Of a DNA stretch of 64,000 bases, positions 1 to 8,884 are shown in pieces (position 1 is the stretch's first letter; every line of letters begins with the position of its first letter). The notes beneath the pieces were generated by a model that worked only from the letters and a program-made list of their open reading frames with translations, searched no databases and was not told the DNA's origin. Location: IMG/VR virus record IMGVR_UViG_3300042340_000379, positions 1 to 64,000 of that record; one strand, given 5' to 3'. The position numbers and the translations under genes were made by a program.

Positions 1-271
1 ATAAAAAGTTTAATAAATAAGCTGAGCTTATGATCAATATAACTAAAACTTATATTGATCATAAGCTTTTATTTTTTCTATTTTGAATTTCTAAAAAAAA
101 TATATTTTGTGGCCCAGGGGGGGGGGAGCCATTCGGAGGTCGCTCTCCCCGCCTCCACCTCACCCCGCCACGCGCACCCAGACCCATCAGGAGGCGGGCA
201 GACCGGGGGACCCCGCCCGCAGAGGGAGACCCTTAACACATACTTCCTTCAAAAGTAGATTTTTGAGGGGC

Positions 272-435
272 CTGAAAGCCTTACACAGCAAGCGTTTCAG
301 CCGACGCGAAAACGTGCGGGACATTACGCACGAGCCTAAAAGGGGCAAAATAGGGCCTCTGAAACGACCATATATTCATTTTTTTACTTTGGAAAGTGTC
401 AAAACCGCCAAAGCCTTACACAGTAAGCGTTTCAG
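272..435. repeat. Two copies of imperfect palindrome AAAGCCTTACACAG(C/T)AAGCGTTTCAG (272-300, 410-435)
   Basis: 26-nt direct repeat with one mismatch; the first copy extends to CTGAAA...TTTCAG dyad arms. Confidence 0.8.
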
Positions 436-519
436 AGTCTTTAGAAGCTATAATAGAAGTGGGATCTTCCATGACTTTTATGCAAAAATTTAACCAAGCG
501 CACCAAGAGAGAATAAACA

Positions 520-876
520 ATGCATGAAGCTGATTCTATGAGAGGAGCAGACCTACTACACTTCTGTCCCACCATGAACCCACACCTCTTTGAAATGAGC
601 GAAGAAGAAGAGCAAGAACGTGAAGAGATCCTTCAGGAGGTACTTCAGCTATTTAGAGAAGGATACCCAAAAGAAACAAAGCCAGATAAAAAGACTAAAG
701 AGCTCCTTTTGGATATAGTCGAGGATCTTTATTGGTTCAGAGATATAGATGAAGATTACAGATACTTCGATGAGGGCGAGACGTACCACACACGATATAC
801 AAACATTCTCTGTAGATTTGGGCTGGCTATAGAAAAGGGAATCTGGATTCCAGCGAAGAAAGGCAAAAGCATCTAA
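520..876 (+). CDS. hypothetical protein
   Basis: 118-aa ORF, acidic, same strand as neighbours. Confidence 0.6.
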   Translation: MHEADSMRGADLLHFCPTMNPHLFEMSEEEEQEREEILQEVLQLFREGYPKETKPDKKTKELLLDIVEDLYWFRDIDEDYRYFDEGETYHTRYTNILCRFGLAIEKGIWIPAKKGKSI

Positions 877-1055
877 GAAAAGGTCTTAGTAAGCTGGGCA
901 CCTGCAAGCCAAGCAGCTAGCCGCCACCCCCGGCAGATAGCTAACCAATCTATAGAACAAAGCAATAAGAGCATCTGGCAAGAGCTGGCCTCCTTTGAGG
1001 TATAGCCCATAACCAACTATTCGATCAAAAAACAAAACAATCCCAAGGAACTAAC

Positions 1056-1484
1056 ATGTCCGATCTCGAATGCCTTCCTCCTCTAAAAATTGATAAAACT
1101 AATTTTCAACCCGGCCCATGGATAGATGAGCCAGATGTGGCCTCTTGGGTAGATCGCGGTTACCTCTGCGCCATTCGTCGCAACTATATGGGCTGTCTCT
1201 GTGGTTACATTGGTGTTCCAATAACCCACCCATTTATCAATGCCTCTACTGCCAGCGATCTTAAAGGCCACATCGAAGGCACCATTAATGTTCATGGCGG
1301 TGTAACTCTTCTAAAAAAAATCGGTGGCTTTTGGTGGATTGGTTTTGACTGCTCTCATTTCGGGGACCTCATACCCGCATGGAAAAGTGAGGGTGCCTAC
1401 CGAGATTTTGCTTACGTTCAAGGTGAAGTAAAATTAATGGTGGATCAAGTCTCAGCCTCCCGCCATCCCCGGCAGATAGTTTAG
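1056..1484 (+). CDS. conserved phage hypothetical protein (CGYxGVP...VHGG...WWIGFDC family)
   Basis: AAGGA RBS; motifs CGYIGVP, VHGGVT, WWIGFDCSH are typical of a widespread phage family. Confidence 0.8.
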   Translation: MSDLECLPPLKIDKTNFQPGPWIDEPDVASWVDRGYLCAIRRNYMGCLCGYIGVPITHPFINASTASDLKGHIEGTINVHGGVTLLKKIGGFWWIGFDCSHFGDLIPAWKSEGAYRDFAYVQGEVKLMVDQVSASRHPRQIV

Positions 1485-1727
1485 CAATCCGTACAAGCAC
1501 TATGAAATTTGAATTTCTTGGGCTGCTCTTCTTTTTAGAATGGTCAGATGACGGCCTATATTACATTTTTTCTAAAAAGGATAACTCAAAGCAGACTCAC
1601 TAATTCTCTGTTTTTAAAGTCGAAATGCAAGAAATAACAGCTTTGTGCATTGTCTTGTTAAAGGTCGTGATAAAAGTCGGAAAACTTAGAAGCCCTCTCG
1701 CATGGCTAAAGAGCCTATTTTTAACTA

Positions 1728-2213
1728 ATGAACCAAGTTCTAAGTCAGAATGACCAACAGCTTGCTAAATATCTCCAGCAGATGTCTATCTTGTATGGGG
1801 AGAATCAGCAAGCTTGCTTTCCAAATCAAGTTCTAACCCACGGGCGCATTTGGACAATCTCTGAGCAACAACCCGATCGCATGACACCGCGCTTGTGTTA
1901 CGAAAACGCCTATCTGTTCTCTGACAAATCAAATATTTACTGTGAGGGCTGGGCTGTTCCCGACAACATTCCGCTTCCTATTTGGCATGCCTGGTGCATT
2001 AATCTAGAAGGAGAAGTTCTCGAGTTGACCTGGGAGAAACCAGGAATATCCTATATTGGAATCCCATTTCAAGATGATTGGTTGGTCGAAACCTTCCTCA
2101 ACTACAGAGAATACGGAATTGGCGGCGAAGCCTGCGCCAATGGATTCCCAGAAGATACAAGCGAATGGGTTCATCCCATTCAATCAAAAGGCCAAACAAT
2201 CCTAAGGAGTTGA
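1728..2213 (+). CDS. hypothetical protein, possible papain/transglutaminase-like fold
   Basis: CYENA...YCEGWA...HAWC pattern. Confidence 0.6.
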   Translation: MNQVLSQNDQQLAKYLQQMSILYGENQQACFPNQVLTHGRIWTISEQQPDRMTPRLCYENAYLFSDKSNIYCEGWAVPDNIPLPIWHAWCINLEGEVLELTWEKPGISYIGIPFQDDWLVETFLNYREYGIGGEACANGFPEDTSEWVHPIQSKGQTILRS

Positions 2214-2216
2214 GAC

Positions 2217-2447
2217 ATGGCAATTGCTAACAATTACCTTCAAGCAGCCCAGCAACACCCAAATCTAGAAAAATTCGCTCTAGCTATTCTTGCTCTCATT
2301 TATATTGAAAACGACGAGATTGTTATAGACGGAAACCTAGGGGCAGACTTTATTGGGGATGTGGTAGACAAAGCGACAGATTGCGGCCTAGATCCTGAAA
2401 ACCTAGAGTGGACAATTATAGGGCCAACGGATGACTCAAGTTTTTAG
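2217..2447 (+). CDS. hypothetical protein
   Basis: AAGGAG RBS, 76 aa. Confidence 0.65.
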   Translation: MAIANNYLQAAQQHPNLEKFALAILALIYIENDEIVIDGNLGADFIGDVVDKATDCGLDPENLEWTIIGPTDDSSF

Positions 2448-2492
2448 AAAAAAGTTGGAGTTTGGTACCCACAAGACAATTAAGCACTAACT

Positions 2493-2757
2493 ATGGAAAA
2501 CAGCAATGGAAAACTGATGAAAGCCTACTCCATTTTCTCTACCAAACTTCCAGAAGCGCCCGACAGTGTTTGCTGTCATGAATCAGCCGGTAAAGCCAGC
2601 CTTTTGCGCCAGTGCATTAGCAGAAATTTACGGCATTGAATTTGGAAAAGCCCTAACTAGTTTAAGGGTGCGTCGAGCCCCTAACTTTGACGCTTGGGCC
2701 CAAGCTCAAAACTGCCCTCGGCATATTGATACTGAATACGCAAAGTTAACAAGTTAA
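2493..2757 (+). pseudogene. probable frameshifted hypothetical gene
   Basis: ATG at 2493 reads ...CHESAGKA; a protein-like continuation AFCASALAEIYG...LRVRRAP lies in another frame after about 2598. Confidence 0.4.
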
Positions 2758-2759
2758 CC

Positions 2760-3446
2760 ATGGAAAGACGATCACTTTTAGTAGGGGGAGGGCTATTTGC
2801 CGCGTCGTTTTTAATCACAGCCTCCCTCCCAAAGAAAAAAGAGCCCATAGCAATGGCAGCTCCTGTGATTATTCCTCAGGAGCCCCAGCCAGTAGCAGCA
2901 GCGGTCACTCCCGTAGAACATGAATCTGTGACAGTGGGCGAGTCCACTCACTACAAATATAATGATGTAGCTGCCGAAAACCTAGTGCATATTGCAGATT
3001 CGGCTAATGGCAAAGAGTTTATGGCTAAAGAAGCCGCTCCTTATTTTCACAGCCTAGTCGCCGCAGCTGCCAAGCATGAAATCAGGCTCTCAGTAGTTTC
3101 TGCTTTTAGAAGCTATGATAAACAGAAAGGATTGTGGGAGAACCAGATAAAAAAGCGCGGAAGTGAAGCAGCGGCGGCAGTTTGGTCGGCTCCCCCAGGA
3201 TACAGTGAACATCACACAGGATTTGCGGTTGATTTTAACGGTGAAGATTCTTCTACAATACTAAGCGAAAGCTTTGAGAATACAACGGCTTACCGTTGGC
3301 TGAGTGAAAACGCCGCACGATTCAACTTCTACCTCTCATTCCCGAAAGACAACGCCCAAAAGATTGGGTTCGAGCCCTGGCACTGGAAATATAAACCCCA
3401 ACAGCAGCATGAAACATCTGGTACTAACTTCAACTTCGGCAATTAA
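2760..3446 (+). CDS. M15 (VanY-like) D-Ala-D-Ala carboxypeptidase / peptidoglycan peptidase with N-terminal membrane anchor
   Basis: SAFRS, APPGYSEHHTGFAVDF and FEPWHW motifs; hydrophobic N-terminus. Confidence 0.9.
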   Translation: MERRSLLVGGGLFAASFLITASLPKKKEPIAMAAPVIIPQEPQPVAAAVTPVEHESVTVGESTHYKYNDVAAENLVHIADSANGKEFMAKEAAPYFHSLVAAAAKHEIRLSVVSAFRSYDKQKGLWENQIKKRGSEAAAAVWSAPPGYSEHHTGFAVDFNGEDSSTILSESFENTTAYRWLSENAARFNFYLSFPKDNAQKIGFEPWHWKYKPQQQHETSGTNFNFGN

Positions 3447-3942
3447 AGTAGAGGCAACTAAGCAGGTTTTCCGTGACTGGGAAATTATCACTATCAAAAC
3501 TCCAACCGTTATTGAGCAGCCGTTTGGTTACGAACAAACTCGAACCTGCGCGGTCACCCGCCGTAACTACGTGTTTGAGACTTTGGGCATCAAGACCCTT
3601 CCAATTATCTCAATCGAATCTGGCCTCTCTTACAAATTCAAAAATGGAGTAGAAGAGTGGTTTGATTTCTCAGTCGGGGAGTTCTTCTTAAACGGTTCAA
3701 CTGATCTAGTTGTTTCGCCTCACCTTAAAATCCCTGAACAGTACCACAAACATATTTTAGAGGCTCAAGATCGCGGATTTGGCTCAACAACATTTGGGCA
3801 AGTTTTGAGTGAAGAGCTCCACATATCACAAGATATGTGGCATAGCGCTTTATGTGGGATTTCTCGCAAAGACCTTATTGTTCGCGCTCTTGAAGATATT
3901 GAGCTTAGAGGCTATCCCCCAGAATGGCTTGAAGACCAATAG
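3409..3942 (+). CDS. YjjX-like inosine/xanthosine triphosphatase (non-canonical purine NTPase)
   Basis: Start MKHLVLTSTSAIKVEA; EQPFGYEQT...A..R; ISIESGL; SRKDL match the YjjX family pattern. Confidence 0.7.
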   Translation: MKHLVLTSTSAIKVEATKQVFRDWEIITIKTPTVIEQPFGYEQTRTCAVTRRNYVFETLGIKTLPIISIESGLSYKFKNGVEEWFDFSVGEFFLNGSTDLVVSPHLKIPEQYHKHILEAQDRGFGSTTFGQVLSEELHISQDMWHSALCGISRKDLIVRALEDIELRGYPPEWLEDQ

Positions 3943-4000
3943 CAGAGTGGATGAACGGAACTCCCGACGCGAAGTTTGGAGCTCCAAGCGATCGCTCTCC

Positions 4001-4015
4001 TTTGTATCATACAAA
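4001..4015. promoter_or_regulatory. palindromic site TTGTAYNRTACAA
   Basis: TTTGTATCATACAAA, 31 nt before ATG 4047; related copies elsewhere. Confidence 0.55.
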
Positions 4016-4046
4016 TTAACAAGCTAACAACCCCAAGAAATATACT

Positions 4047-4477
4047 ATGACTGATTTTGATTTAGAACAAAGAATTGAGAGCGGCTACTACAGAACCAAA
4101 AAGCCCTACGCACTGTCGGATGAGCAATTTAACACTTTTCATGATGAGATAGACGCTCTAGATAGCATTCCACTAACAATCTCTGATCGAAAGCTGAAAA
4201 AGAAAGAAATTATTCAGCGCAAAAAAAACAAGCAATCAAAGAGTTACAACGCGAGTACCACGCTGATAGAAACCGCCTCTTGGATGAGTTTCAACTAGAC
4301 TGCGAGCATTGGCATAATTTTGCTAGTTTCCCACCTGTAATTAAGCGCAAAATTCATGGCATGGTTGAAAGCACAGAAGGACTTAAAAACAAGTCCGATA
4401 AATATGACGAGCTAGTAGAACTTGTTAGTCAATGCATTAAGACTATGCGAGAGTTTATTGAGAGCGAGGGACTGTAA
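4047..4477 (+). pseudogene. single hypothetical gene split by a frameshift in an A8 run (4221-4228)
   Basis: The alternative frame after the A-run reads QAIKELQREYHADRNRLLDEF and runs into ORF 4280..4477. Confidence 0.6.
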
Positions 4478-5163
4478 TGAAACAAAACATCCTTGTCATA
4501 GAAAAGTCGGCCTTGATAGAACCCAAAGGCCGACTTACCAGCATCACCAAGCCCGACGACCAGCAGCCAATTCCCGGCATGCAGGCGCGGATTAAAGAAT
4601 TAGCTGCTGACTACCAGATTTTTCTGGTAGGTAACGAGCCCCAGTGGAAACCTACTGAAACGCTAGCCCAAAACTTTCCAATTGGGGCGCATCTTTATGA
4701 TCCCCTTGCAACTGATTGCTGCCTAGTGATAAATAAAGTAGAGTTTCCTGGGGAAGTAAGGTTAGCGTTAAACCCAAACAAGGATGGAAAAGATCACACC
4801 TATATCCTTCGAGGCTCAAAAGTCCTATTTCAGTGGAAGACATCAAAGCTGATAGCCCAAGAGTATCAGTATGTATTAGAGCTATTCCCAGAAATAGATC
4901 ATGCCTACTTTTCAGGAGACAAAAATGTCTGCTTTCTTGTCACTCGCTGCGGTTTACAGCAAGTAAAAAACCTCAAGTCTGATTGGGATTATAGCCTGCC
5001 TAATCCAGGAATGCTTTGGCTAGCCGCACAAGCTAAAGACAATCATTTAGAAAAAGGTGAGCATCTGTTTATAAGCAAAGAGTCCGCTTACAAACAGAAA
5101 ATTGACCATGAGTCTGGGTTCCTATTTATGCTGCAAAGCGAGCTTTTAGGAGTGTCCGCGTGA
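4477..5163 (+). CDS. degenerate HAD-IIIA (GmhB / polynucleotide 3'-phosphatase-like) protein
   Basis: PDDQQPIPG, GN.., EYQYVLELFP and LPNPGML resemble HAD-IIIA, but the DxD and Lys catalytic residues are missing. Confidence 0.5.
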   Translation: MKQNILVIEKSALIEPKGRLTSITKPDDQQPIPGMQARIKELAADYQIFLVGNEPQWKPTETLAQNFPIGAHLYDPLATDCCLVINKVEFPGEVRLALNPNKDGKDHTYILRGSKVLFQWKTSKLIAQEYQYVLELFPEIDHAYFSGDKNVCFLVTRCGLQQVKNLKSDWDYSLPNPGMLWLAAQAKDNHLEKGEHLFISKESAYKQKIDHESGFLFMLQSELLGVSA

Positions 5164-5372
5164 ATAAGTTTTTCTCTATCGCCTTTATTATTTGGCATAC
5201 AGGATTTCTAGTTTCCTTCTGGCGTGCAAAGTACTCTAACACTTGGGAAGAGCTCCTCAGTCGAACAGGTCTTTCGTTAGCCTGGCCCGCATTTCTTGGG
5301 CTAAAGACTTACGATAGGACGAAAGCTCGTGCCAAACCCACCGTCACTTCCGCTAATAACATAACACTCTAA
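5160..5372 (+). CDS. small membrane protein
   Basis: Hydrophobic segments, coupled GTGA start/stop. Confidence 0.6.
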   Translation: MNKFFSIAFIIWHTGFLVSFWRAKYSNTWEELLSRTGLSLAWPAFLGLKTYDRTKARAKPTVTSANNITL

Positions 5373-6098
5373 ATGACCTTCTCTCGCAATAATTGGGAGC
5401 CTATAATGCCAATCGACGCTAACTATCGCCGCAAAAAGGTTTTAGATTTTCTTGCCTCAATTCACACCTATATTGGCAGAGTTCCCGACTCTCCCTGCGA
5501 GCTTGAACTCCGCACAGCATTAGAATCAGAAGAAGGATTTTCCCTAGAAGAGCCCACTTCTAATATTCTTAATCTAATAGCTGACATGCATAATTCTTTC
5601 AGCATTGCCATTGGAAAAAATAACCCAATGAGTGCTCAAGAAAACCGGCTTTTAACTTGCTTAGAAAAGTTAAGCAAGCAGTTAGATGACCAAGCTATTG
5701 AAAACGATAGCCAATGGGAAAGTCGAATGCAGTCTTTGCAAACAGCCACCGAAAAGTTCACCCGCCAGGTTCCAGATCTCAATCTAACCCTGCGGGATCG
5801 CCGCAAGATGATTCTCCAGATGTGTGAGAGCGTAACCCGCAATTTACGCTACAGAAGCGGGCCGCTTGCCGTTTATGAACAAGTTATCTACGAAGAAGTG
5901 TGCCTATGGCTAACCTTTAAGCTGAGTGTCGAGAATCTGGATATACGCGACCGTACTTTAGATGTGCTTCTAAAAACAAAGGAGTGGATTAGCAACCAAA
6001 TAGCGCGGGATAACTGCCAGAATCCTGATGAATACGCAATCTATGTAAGCTCAATGGTTATTTTTAAAACCCTACAAAATTCAACCTTTGGAGGTTAA
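5373..6098 (+). CDS. hypothetical protein
   Basis: 241-aa ORF abutting the previous gene. Confidence 0.7.
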   Translation: MTFSRNNWEPIMPIDANYRRKKVLDFLASIHTYIGRVPDSPCELELRTALESEEGFSLEEPTSNILNLIADMHNSFSIAIGKNNPMSAQENRLLTCLEKLSKQLDDQAIENDSQWESRMQSLQTATEKFTRQVPDLNLTLRDRRKMILQMCESVTRNLRYRSGPLAVYEQVIYEEVCLWLTFKLSVENLDIRDRTLDVLLKTKEWISNQIARDNCQNPDEYAIYVSSMVIFKTLQNSTFGG

Positions 6099-6102
6099 CC
6101 CC

Positions 6103-6522
6103 ATGACACTAAGAAAACTAATCGGCCAGCTATCTCTAAACGAATTGAAAGAACTAACTCAAGAGCATTCTGATTGGGAGAAAAATCAATTTATTCCCCT
6201 GGATGCAAAACTGCGTAAGATAGCAAAGCAGCATTACAGCGACGATAGCGTGCTCCTGATGGAGCGTGTAGCTAATGAAGCCTATCGAACAATCGCTCTT
6301 CAATCTCTAAAAGAAAAGCCGCAGCCCTACGCGCTTATTTCCGTTGCTGAGCGGTCATATATTATTCACACCAGCCGACAAGATGAAATCCATCTGCAAG
6401 AAAAAATTAGTGCAGTGAGCGTCAAGTTCTTTGAAAGCCTGTCTTTGGCCAGACAGTTCTACTTGAGAAACTACGACAGCGGGCTGGACGAAGAGTTTGC
6501 TCAACCAAAAGGTGAAAAGTGA
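6103..6522 (+). CDS. hypothetical protein
   Basis: GGAGG RBS before ATG 6103. Confidence 0.7.
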   Translation: MTLRKLIGQLSLNELKELTQEHSDWEKNQFIPLDAKLRKIAKQHYSDDSVLLMERVANEAYRTIALQSLKEKPQPYALISVAERSYIIHTSRQDEIHLQEKISAVSVKFFESLSLARQFYLRNYDSGLDEEFAQPKGEK

Positions 6523-6623
6523 GATACATAGTTCAAATTCTCAAAACTCAACGCTAGACAGCCAGGCCCCTCCAGCCAGTCGCGGCAGTGCGCACAAGCC
6601 AGTGCTTATGATATGATTTAAAA

Positions 6624-6707
6624 GCTAGGACTACAACTTTCTTCCTTCTACTTCTATATACAACAGGCCTCGCGCCTGTATTGCCATAGAATGTTGAATT
6701 TCCTAGC
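6624..6707 (+). ncRNA. Y-RNA-like repeat unit 1
   Basis: GCTAGG-ACTA-CAACTTTC-TTCCTTC...ATA-GAATGTTG-AATTT-CCTAGC; outer and inner stems pair; internal hairpin ACAGGC/GCCTGT. Confidence 0.75.
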
Positions 6708-6713
6708 AACCTT

Positions 6714-6778
6714 TCTGGCCTAAGCGGGTCTTCCTTCAATTGAAATTTGTAACTCTAATAGACCCGCTAATTTCCAGA
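6714..6778 (+). ncRNA. Y-RNA-like repeat unit 2
   Basis: TCTGG-CCTA-AGCGGGTC-TTCCTTCA...ATA-GACCCGCT-AATTT-CCAGA; perfect 8-bp inner stem. Confidence 0.8.
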
Positions 6779-7140
6779 CCACCTCAAAAATATAAGAAGG
6801 GTCGTTTTGGATCATAGCTAAACTGTATAAGATTAAAATCTTACAGAGGCCAACCAAACAGGAATACTCAAGTGGCTTCCAGGCCTACCTTCAAAATACT
6901 CCACACCTCTTTGCCCACGTACAAGTGTCCTGATGCGTGATAAGTCGCCGCATGGCGCGATCGCCTCTCTGGCTCTGGCATAAGTGTGGAGCCCCTATAA
7001 CAGCAAGCCAAATGCTCACCAGAGCGCGAGCTGTTATAGAACCCCTCAAACAAAGGCGACCAAAAGTACCAAACGGCCTAGATTGAAAATATCTGCAAGC
7101 CAAATGCTCACTTAAGTCACCAGCGTCCCTGAGGGTTTTC

Positions 7141-7270
7141 GGGTCAGTAGCTCAGCGGTAGAGCGCCAGCATTATACACTCTCTCCAATTCCTGCTGAAG
7201 GCGGATTAGGAGAAAGTTCCTTCATTAAAATGGGAGCTGAATGTCGCAGGTTCAAATCCTGCCTGGCCCA
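7141..7270 (+). tRNA. tRNA body with a 58-nt structured insertion in the anticodon loop (tRNA-Pro(TGG)-like if spliced, or a permuted Y RNA tRNA mimic)
   Basis: Acceptor GGGTCAG/CTGGCCC+A, D arm GCTC-AGCGGTA-GAGC, anticodon stem CCAGC/GCTGA, T arm GCAGG-TTCAAAT-CCTGC; insertion at about 7173-7230. Confidence 0.85.
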
Positions 7271-7271
7271 A

Positions 7272-7292
7272 TTGGGAATCGAGGATTCCCAA
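7272..7292 (+). other. perfect hairpin immediately 3' of the interrupted tRNA (processing or termination signal?)
   Basis: TTGGGAATC-GAG-GATTCCCAA. Confidence 0.5.
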
Positions 7293-7379
7293 ACCCTCAG
7301 TATTAGTTCTTGCTATGTACAACTAAAGCCGCAAGCTTTGGCCCTTGGGCAAGTAAGAAACACCCTAATGCAAAATAAG

Positions 7380-7506
7380 GGGCAATATACTGAGGTTTGC
7401 ACATGGCTAGCCCGCCAAGGCTAGAGCGGCTGCGTAGAACGGGGTTGGCACCCAAGTGGCGTAGTCCCATTGGAGAACAGGTTAGTTTTGAGTCTACCAA
7501 TGCCCA
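7380..7506 (+). ncRNA. degenerate tRNA-like element (Gly-GCC-like) with a long structured variable region
   Basis: GGGCAAT/AATGCCC+A acceptor-like stem, CTAGCC-CGCCAA-GGCTAG arm, degenerate T arm GGTTAG-TTTTGAGT-CTACC. Confidence 0.35.
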
Positions 7507-7549
7507 TAAACAAAATCTTGGTTAGCGCCCAAGTTGAAATAAAGAGCTC

Positions 7550-7961
7550 GGGGATGATTTGGAGTTAGGCGAACAACTGACAAACCTCCAGAAAGACTCC
7601 CCCACTAAAATCCAGGGCTGGCATCCTGGTCTTAGCGACAGCCTGAGTGATTGACCGCGAGGAATCGTTGGAAAAGATCGCTATTGCTGCTAATGAATGG
7701 GGCCCCAACTTCGGGTACCCCAAGCAGCTCTCATTGAAGCACTGCATGAGCACCAGTGTAGAGAGTGTAGCTCCAGCCGGGAAGGGATTCCCAAAGACCC
7801 GGCAAATTAAATCCAAACTAAGAAAATCCCCCTTGGGATTAACCGTAACTTAGTTTGGTTTGCGCCAATCGGTTGGTGTGATCGCGGGCATCTAAAAACC
7901 AGTAAACTGAGGGGAGCAAACAAAAAGACCAGAAACTGGTTGGTACCTAGACGCTCCCCTC
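7550..7961 (+). ncRNA. candidate large structured ncRNA of unknown family
   Basis: At least 8 nested or tandem helices, no convincing ORF, located in the tRNA cluster. Confidence 0.5.
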
Positions 7962-8030
7962 TTACAAAATTCTCAAAAACTATGAAAACATACAAATCTG
8001 CCGCCTCTACGTGCAGCGGGGATGCAATAG

Positions 8031-8357
8031 ATGAATAAAATTAAAATTTATTTTTTCCCAGATTGGGTACACATCGCGCCTCCTTGGGCGATCGCACCTG
8101 CTTCAGGTGAATCTCCTGTCTATGCAAAGCTGGAGTGCAATCATGACATCGCTATCGACCTGGTCAATGGATTCGTTCACCTGAAGATCGGGTATATGAC
8201 CAGTTGTAAAGCAGGAGAGGCGCGAAGTCTGAGCAAGATGCTCGAATATGCCGCCGATATCTGTTCTGAGGCTAATCAGTATAGATATTATGTAGAGCAT
8301 CCAACACTACTGAAGGCTTACTTGCCTGATGCTGATGTGTATATTGTGGAGGAATGA
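8031..8357 (+). CDS. hypothetical protein
   Basis: 108-aa ORF, GGGG RBS-like sequence. Confidence 0.6.
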   Translation: MNKIKIYFFPDWVHIAPPWAIAPASGESPVYAKLECNHDIAIDLVNGFVHLKIGYMTSCKAGEARSLSKMLEYAADICSEANQYRYYVEHPTLLKAYLPDADVYIVEE

Positions 8358-8884
8358 TAAATGCATCATCTAGAAGAATTCATAAAACAAGGTGTGCTTC
8401 GCGCTGAGGCTGCTAACACCAAAAAGTTGACCGGGTGGCGAAAAGTTCACAAAATTAGTCTTGGGCCAATTAAGCCATCTTACTGCCTCGATTGCGGTAA
8501 ACCTAGATGTATCTGAGCCGGATCTAGAAAAACTATTAAGTTAAGGTGGTGTAACGCTCGAAGTAAAAGATCTAATAGAATATAGACGCAAGAGAGATGC
8601 TAAACTTAGAACCCTTCGTGGATTCGTCGTTGAGCGCTTATTCTAATTGAACTCAACTCAGAGAGCTGCTGATAAAGAAATTTGCAAAGACGCTAAAGAA
8701 TGGTTTAAGAATGAGTATAAAAACTGACGCTGAATATACAGCCTTTCTTGACGAAGCCTTTTTATTGCTTCAAGTCGTTAATCGAAGTGATAATGAAGAA
8801 GCTAGATTAAATGAGCTTGTAAAAGCAATTGATCAGTGGGAAGATATAGTTTTCGCTGTTCCTCAATATTAACAATCCCTTTAG

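Noticed and set aside
241-255. CTTCCTTCAAAA as another ncRNA unit
   Set aside because: No flanking inner or outer stems
55-493. ORFs 55..258 and 107..493
   Set aside because: Low-complexity, repeat-derived translations with non-ATG starts and no RBS
7173-7230. Group I intron in the tRNA
   Set aside because: Only 58 nt, with no P7 core sequences or terminal G
7550-7831. tmRNA (GGGG start; KIAIAA resembles a cyanobacterial tag end)
   Set aside because: No stop after AIAA, no ANN resume motif, and no T arm/CCA end
6554-7995. Short ORFs over the ncRNA cluster
   Set aside because: They overlap tRNA and structured elements and show no protein-like features
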